64,000 nucleotides of DNA. Source: Atopobium sp. (GTDB lineage Bacteria; Actinomycetota; Coriobacteriia; Coriobacteriales; Atopobiaceae). Shown in pieces: positions 59,686-64,000 of this stretch (positions are counted from its first letter, which is position 1; every line of letters starts with the position of its first letter). The translations under genes were made by a program, and so were the position numbers. A model generated the notes under the pieces. The model searched no databases, was not told the origin of the DNA, and worked only from the letters and a program-made list of their open reading frames with translations. The stretch lies in assembly GCA_015259105.1 (NCBI GenBank), contig JABZGZ010000001.1:20670-84669 (forward strand), written 5' to 3'.

Positions 59686-61077
59686 ATGTTTGAGCTAGTT
59701 TCTCGCGAGCTGTTCCAGCCAAAATCAACCTCTGAGCAAAACGCTTATCAGAAGATGAGCGACGCTGAGCTTAACCAGGCTCTTGAGCTTATTGGACAAG
59801 AAGCTCGTGCACTTGGCGAGAAAAACCTCAAGCTTGATATGGCTCGTGGAAAGCCAAGCCCTGCGCAGACGGCGCTGTCTAAGCCTATGCTTGATGAGCT
59901 TAACTCCAGTTCTGACCTGACTGACGGCGGCTCTTTTGCAGACAACTACGGAGACCCCTGGGGTCTTCCTTCTGCACGAGCCTTTGCTGCGGAGCTCACC
60001 GGTGTACCTGCTGATCAGGTCATTGTAAATGGCTCTTCAAGCCTCAATCTTATGCACGACATTATTTCTCATGCCGTAACCCACGGTCTTGCTGGTCAGC
60101 CTTCTTGGGCAGAGCAGATGGCGGCTGCAAAGGCTCAGGGTACCACGCTCAAGTTCCTGTGCCCTGCTCCAGGCTATGACCGTCATTTTGCTATTACACA
60201 GCATTACGGACTTGAAAACGTTGCCGTACCTATGACCGATGACGGCCCCAATATGGACGTGGTCAAAGAGCTTGTTGAAAACGACAACTCTGTTAAGGGA
60301 ATTTGGTGCGTTCCACGTTTTGCTAACCCAACTGGCATCACCTATTCAGATGAGGTTGTTCGCGCGTTTGCAAACCTTAAACCTGCGGCGCCTGACTTTA
60401 GAATCTTCTGGGATAACGCCTATGCAATTCACGCCTTTGTACCAGAATCTGAGGCCCCTCAGCTCTTAAATATCTTTGATGCGCTTTCAGAGGTTGCTGC
60501 AGGTGGCGCTCAAAAGAACCTGGTAATTGCTTTTGCCTCAACGGCAAAGGTAACCTTCCCAAGCTCGGGCATGGCCTGGGTTGCTGCAAGTCCTGCAGAC
60601 AGTAAAGAAATCCAGAGCGCTTTCAAGGTTGCTCGAGTTTCTCCCGAGAAAATCTCGCAGCTGGCACATGTGCGTTTCCTCAAAGATGCTCAAGGCATTG
60701 AAGCCCATATGCAAAAGCATGCCGAGCTGCTTCGACCACGCTTTGAACTGGTTGAGCGCAAATTGCAGGAGGGTCTGGGAGATCTAGGCGTTGCAACCTG
60801 GTCTCATCCTAAGGGTGGCTATTTTGTCTCGTTTGATGGTCCCGTTGGCTCTGCACGCGCAATTGTTTCTCGCGCCAATGAGCTGGGCGTTACCATGACA
60901 CCTGCAGGAGCTACATGGCCAGCCGGTAAAGATCCTTTTGATACTAATATCAGAATTGCTCCAAGTTACCCAACGTTGGAAGAGCTTGATGCAGCACTTG
61001 ATGTCTTTATTGTTGCTGTTAAACAGGTAAGTGCTCGACTTGCAAAAGTTGATCGCGGTCAGAGCGTCTGGGGATAG
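59686..61077 (+). CDS. Aminotransferase, fold type I (aspartate aminotransferase-like)
   Basis: 463 aa. ATG after AAAGGGGAG. Contains NPTG, a lysine candidate in the SxxK region and a class I/II-like core. Confidence 0.8.
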   Translation: MFELVSRELFQPKSTSEQNAYQKMSDAELNQALELIGQEARALGEKNLKLDMARGKPSPAQTALSKPMLDELNSSSDLTDGGSFADNYGDPWGLPSARAFAAELTGVPADQVIVNGSSSLNLMHDIISHAVTHGLAGQPSWAEQMAAAKAQGTTLKFLCPAPGYDRHFAITQHYGLENVAVPMTDDGPNMDVVKELVENDNSVKGIWCVPRFANPTGITYSDEVVRAFANLKPAAPDFRIFWDNAYAIHAFVPESEAPQLLNIFDALSEVAAGGAQKNLVIAFASTAKVTFPSSGMAWVAASPADSKEIQSAFKVARVSPEKISQLAHVRFLKDAQGIEAHMQKHAELLRPRFELVERKLQEGLGDLGVATWSHPKGGYFVSFDGPVGSARAIVSRANELGVTMTPAGATWPAGKDPFDTNIRIAPSYPTLEELDAALDVFIVAVKQVSARLAKVDRGQSVWG

Positions 61078-61165
61078 CTTGTGTAACTTTGGTATTTCCT
61101 TTGAAAGTAGGCCCATTCTGCCGTATCTTGATAAGTTATGTTTAGAAAAAGCGATTGGATGTTGA

Positions 61166-61942
61166 ATGCCAACTAATACTTCAAAGCCAGAACTTACACC
61201 AGAACAGAAGGCAGAAAAAGAGCTGGTTGCCATGGCAAACCAGACAGCAAAAAAGAAGGCAAAGGATCGCAAGCCCGATGAGGCTCCTAAAAAGCCAGGT
61301 CCTTCTACAAGCATGAAGATTGCTATTGGCGTATTCTCGCTCTTTATTGCTATTTCTATGATGCTACCTTCTCTTGCCAGCATTTTCTCTAACTCGCAAA
61401 AGCAGCATCAGACTCAGCAGAATTCTCCTGAGGCTATTAACCAGGTCTATCAGAAGCAGGCAGAAGAAAAAGAGTCTGCCATTCAGTCCAACCCAGATAA
61501 TCTGCCAGCACATCTTGATTTGGCTCGTACCTATTTAGGTTGGGGAATGGCGCTTAAGAGTTCTTCTCAAGATGATTCTGTTCAGAAGCAGTCTTTGCAG
61601 CTGATTAACAAAGCAATTGCTGAGTACGATACGTATCTTGCTTCAAATGATTCTGATGAAGTCCGTGTTGATAGGGCCATTGCGCAATTCTACGCAGGAG
61701 ACCAAACAGGTGCTGTTGAGGCACTTAAGGCAGTAACAGATCGCTCTCCAGACTATGCTAACGGTTGGCTTAATTTGGGAATGATGTATCGTGTTACTGA
61801 TCAAGTAGATCTTGCAAAAGAGGCACTGCAGAAGGCAATTGAAAAGGATTCCGATAATAGCGCCGGTGTGAGGGATAATGCGCAGAAAGTTCTTGATGCA
61901 TTAAACGGAAACACCTCTACCTCTTCAAATAACACCAAGTAA
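61166..61942 (+). CDS. Membrane-anchored TPR-repeat protein
   Basis: N-terminal basic region and one transmembrane helix, then TPR-like helical repeats (LDLARTYLGWG..., WLNLGMMYRVTDQVDLAKEALQKAIE). Confidence 0.7.
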   Translation: MPTNTSKPELTPEQKAEKELVAMANQTAKKKAKDRKPDEAPKKPGPSTSMKIAIGVFSLFIAISMMLPSLASIFSNSQKQHQTQQNSPEAINQVYQKQAEEKESAIQSNPDNLPAHLDLARTYLGWGMALKSSSQDDSVQKQSLQLINKAIAEYDTYLASNDSDEVRVDRAIAQFYAGDQTGAVEALKAVTDRSPDYANGWLNLGMMYRVTDQVDLAKEALQKAIEKDSDNSAGVRDNAQKVLDALNGNTSTSSNNTK

Positions 61943-61951
61943 GGAGGAGTT

Positions 61952-62263
61952 ATGGCACTAGAGATAAGCTCTGAAATTACAGATACAAAGGCCATTATTC
62001 GCATTGAGGGTGAGGTAGACGTATCAAACGCCTCCGAGCTTCGTGATGCTTTGGATACTGCGCTCGCCGATGGAGCAAAAGAAGTTGAAGCTGATTTTGC
62101 TGAGGTAGCTTATATTGATTCGACGGGCATTGGCGTTTTAGTGGGTGCCGCACATCGAGCACAAGAGAGCGGTTCTGTGCTTGTTGTTGCAAACCCTCAG
62201 AAAAACGTGGAGCGTGTCTTTACGCTTCTTGGGGTTGATAAAGACCTTAACGTTCGCAAGTAG
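61952..62263 (+). CDS. STAS-domain protein (anti-sigma-factor antagonist, SpoIIAA-like)
   Basis: 103 aa; VAYIDSTGIGVLVGA belongs to a STAS fold. AAGGAGG ribosome-binding site. Confidence 0.72.
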   Translation: MALEISSEITDTKAIIRIEGEVDVSNASELRDALDTALADGAKEVEADFAEVAYIDSTGIGVLVGAAHRAQESGSVLVVANPQKNVERVFTLLGVDKDLNVRK

Positions 62264-62337
62264 GTTTGGTAACTTGCAAGCTCTTTGAGAAACGGTTCAA
62301 AGAGCTTGTTTATGTTTGTTCCAGAAAGGTATCGCTT

Positions 62338-62961
62338 GTGTTTGGCATTGGAGAAACAGAGCTCGTACTAATTCTGCTCTTTGCATTTTTAGTATTTGGT
62401 CCTGATAAATTACCTGGTATGGGTCGCACGCTTGGCCGTGCTCTCAGACAGTTCCAGAACGCTCAAGAAGGCTTTAATAAAGTTGTCCGTGCAGACTTAC
62501 TTGATCCTGCAGCGGATGCACTTCACGAGAAACCCAAGCGCTCCGAGCAGCTCAAAAATGCTGCATCTGATGCTGACCGCGAGGATACAGATCACCAGGA
62601 GACCTTTGCTGAGCGTCGTGCTCGTCTCAAGGAAGAGCGTGAGGCAGCTGAGAAGGCTGCTGCTGAGGCAGCTGAACAGAGCAAGCAGGCTGAGCAGACC
62701 CAGGAGGCCGAGCAGACAGAGGCCGCTTCTGCTGACGAGGCTCCTGCAACTGCACCACAAGCCACCTCTTCTGTTGCTTTCTCCGATGATTCCACAGAGG
62801 TAACTGAGCACGTGGCACCTCAGGCAGCAGAAGAAACTCCTGCTGCCGCTCCATCTGCAAAAGACCTCTATAACCTTGGATCTGCACGTTCTTCTCGCTC
62901 CATGGCAGAAGACAAGAAAGAAGAAGTTGCTGGAGAGGAGGGAGAAAGCCAGGACGCATAA
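62338..62961 (+). CDS. tatB: Twin-arginine translocase TatA/TatB-family protein with a long acidic tail (TatB-like)
   Basis: GTG start. FGIGETELVLILLFAFLVFGPDKLPGMGRTLGRALRQF is the Tat transmembrane-plus-amphipathic-helix signature. 208 aa. Confidence 0.7.
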   Translation: MFGIGETELVLILLFAFLVFGPDKLPGMGRTLGRALRQFQNAQEGFNKVVRADLLDPAADALHEKPKRSEQLKNAASDADREDTDHQETFAERRARLKEEREAAEKAAAEAAEQSKQAEQTQEAEQTEAASADEAPATAPQATSSVAFSDDSTEVTEHVAPQAAEETPAAAPSAKDLYNLGSARSSRSMAEDKKEEVAGEEGESQDA

Positions 62962-62979
62962 GTCCAGCTTTCGCGTGTA

Positions 62980-63768
62980 ATGCCTATTACTCCAGCTCGT
63001 ATGCCACTTTTTGATCACCTGGGAGAACTCCGTCGTCGTGTGACCATTGTGGTGGTATCGCTTTTTGTTACCGCAATCATTATTTATTTTGCTACACCTG
63101 CATTGATTGAGATTTTGATTGACCCTATCAGGGAGTTTTTAACCGATGGTAAGCTTACGGTTATCTCGGTCCTTGGTGGCTTTAGTATCAGGTTTAAGGT
63201 AGCTTTCTTCTTCTCGGTGATTATCTGCACACCTATTATCATCTGGGAGATTATGGCGTTCTTCTTGCCTGCACTTAACGCTAAAGAGCGCAAGTGGGTT
63301 GTTCCTACCGTAGCCGCTATGATTACCCTGTTCTTCTTGGGTATGTTGTTCTGCTACTTCATCATTTTGAACACCGCAATTGGTTGGATGATTGGCCAGT
63401 CGCAGGAGTTTGCAGGAACCATTAATGAGGCAAGCGATTACCTCAACATTATTATGATGTTTGAGATTGGCTTTGGTGTTGCGTTCCAGCTTCCGCTGGT
63501 CATCTTCTACCTGGCTATTCTTCACCTTGTTCCTTACAAGGACATGCGTGAGCAGTGGCGCTACGTTTACGTTGGACTGATGATTCTCTCTGCAGTTGTC
63601 ACTCCTGATGCATCACCTGTCACCATGATTTTGATGTTTGCAGCTCTTATCCTGCTGTACGAAGTTGCTCTGGCAGTTGCTCGATACGTCATTATTGCCC
63701 GCGATGGCAAGGCTGCTCTTAAGTGGAGTCGTGAGGACTACGAGCAGCATGAGCTGGACAAAATCTAG
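62980..63768 (+). CDS. tatC: Twin-arginine translocase subunit TatC
   Basis: MPLFDHLGELRRR... with six transmembrane helices. The true start may be the ATG at 63001. Confidence 0.9.
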   Translation: MPITPARMPLFDHLGELRRRVTIVVVSLFVTAIIIYFATPALIEILIDPIREFLTDGKLTVISVLGGFSIRFKVAFFFSVIICTPIIIWEIMAFFLPALNAKERKWVVPTVAAMITLFFLGMLFCYFIILNTAIGWMIGQSQEFAGTINEASDYLNIIMMFEIGFGVAFQLPLVIFYLAILHLVPYKDMREQWRYVYVGLMILSAVVTPDASPVTMILMFAALILLYEVALAVARYVIIARDGKAALKWSREDYEQHELDKI

Positions 63769-63801
63769 TAATTCCGCTTTTACTTTGGAGAGTGTTGTTC
63801 T

Positions 63802-64000
63802 TTGATTCTAGTTGTTACCGAGAAAAACGACGCAGCGCAGCAGATTGCTCGCCTTCTGTCTGAATCGGGTAAGCCTGAGGCAGACAAGGTATACAACACT
63901 CCTGTTTATCGTTTTAGACGTGGCGGAGAAGACCATGTTGCCATTGGTCTTCGTGGCCATATTTTGCAGCCTGATTTTCCTTTGGCTCTCAAGTTTGACA
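63802..64000 (+). CDS. Type IA DNA topoisomerase, N-terminal Toprim fragment (3' end lies outside the window)
   Basis: TTG start. LILVVTEKNDAAQQIARLL...AIGLRGHILQ carries the Toprim EK and GH(I/L) motifs. Confidence 0.45.
   Translation, partial: MILVVTEKNDAAQQIARLLSESGKPEADKVYNTPVYRFRRGGEDHVAIGLRGHILQPDFPLALKFD

Overview
This window looks like a chromosomal segment from an anaerobic, high-GC Gram-positive bacterium (Actinobacteria, probably Coriobacteriia). That assignment rests on protein signatures I read by eye: an Actinobacteria-style ribosomal operon, a type III glutamine synthetase (glnN), anaerobic ribonucleotide reductase genes (nrdDG), and a DJ-1-family protein next to a Y-family DNA polymerase. 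The first ~19.7 kb is the main ribosomal-protein gene cluster: rpsG (5' partial), fusA, rpsJ, then rplC through rpoA and rplQ, all on the + strand. Every one of these genes could be identified from its translation, including rpmJ, which is shorter than the 60-aa cutoff of the ORF track. The cluster is followed by fused ECF-transporter ATPase genes (ecfA1A2), ecfT and truA. Two features of the ribosomal region are unusual. fusA runs directly into rpsJ with no tuf gene between them. rpsJ is separated from rplC by 1.2 kb that holds a terminator, two arrays of short tandem repeats and a low-molecular-weight protein-tyrosine phosphatase gene, which is flanked by inverted copies of a short motif. 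The remaining ~44 kb is housekeeping and accessory genes. These include: a cell-surface glycosylation locus (an LCP-like membrane protein and three family-2 glycosyltransferase genes); nrdD-nrdG preceded by candidate NrdR boxes; a DMT transporter; two DegV paralogs; an iron-containing alcohol dehydrogenase; a PTS EIIA; a small membrane protein with an Ala-Pro-rich repeat tail (PEAPA-repeat protein), a MacB-type ABC exporter with a 1110-aa FtsX permease carrying a long coiled-coil extracytoplasmic domain, and a 1014-aa tri-domain glycosyltransferase; ligA; an ArsC/Spx-family protein; a zinc phospholipase-C-like protein; mntP; glnN; polA; rnhA; nhaA; an aminotransferase; a TPR protein, a STAS-domain protein, a long TatB-like protein and tatC; and the start of a type IA topoisomerase gene. 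I found no rRNA, tRNA, CRISPR array, transposase or integrase. The most interesting sequence-level signal is a dispersed 13-16-nt motif with core GGGTTTCTCGCCA, whose 13-nt core is present in five exact copies, far more than chance allows. The motif sits at or just after stop codons. In several places it pairs with its reverse complement (GGCGAGAAG), either as a hairpin or as an inverted pair bracketing the phosphatase gene. Two direct copies also bracket the 2.07-kb segment carrying the DJ-1-family gene and the Y-family polymerase gene.
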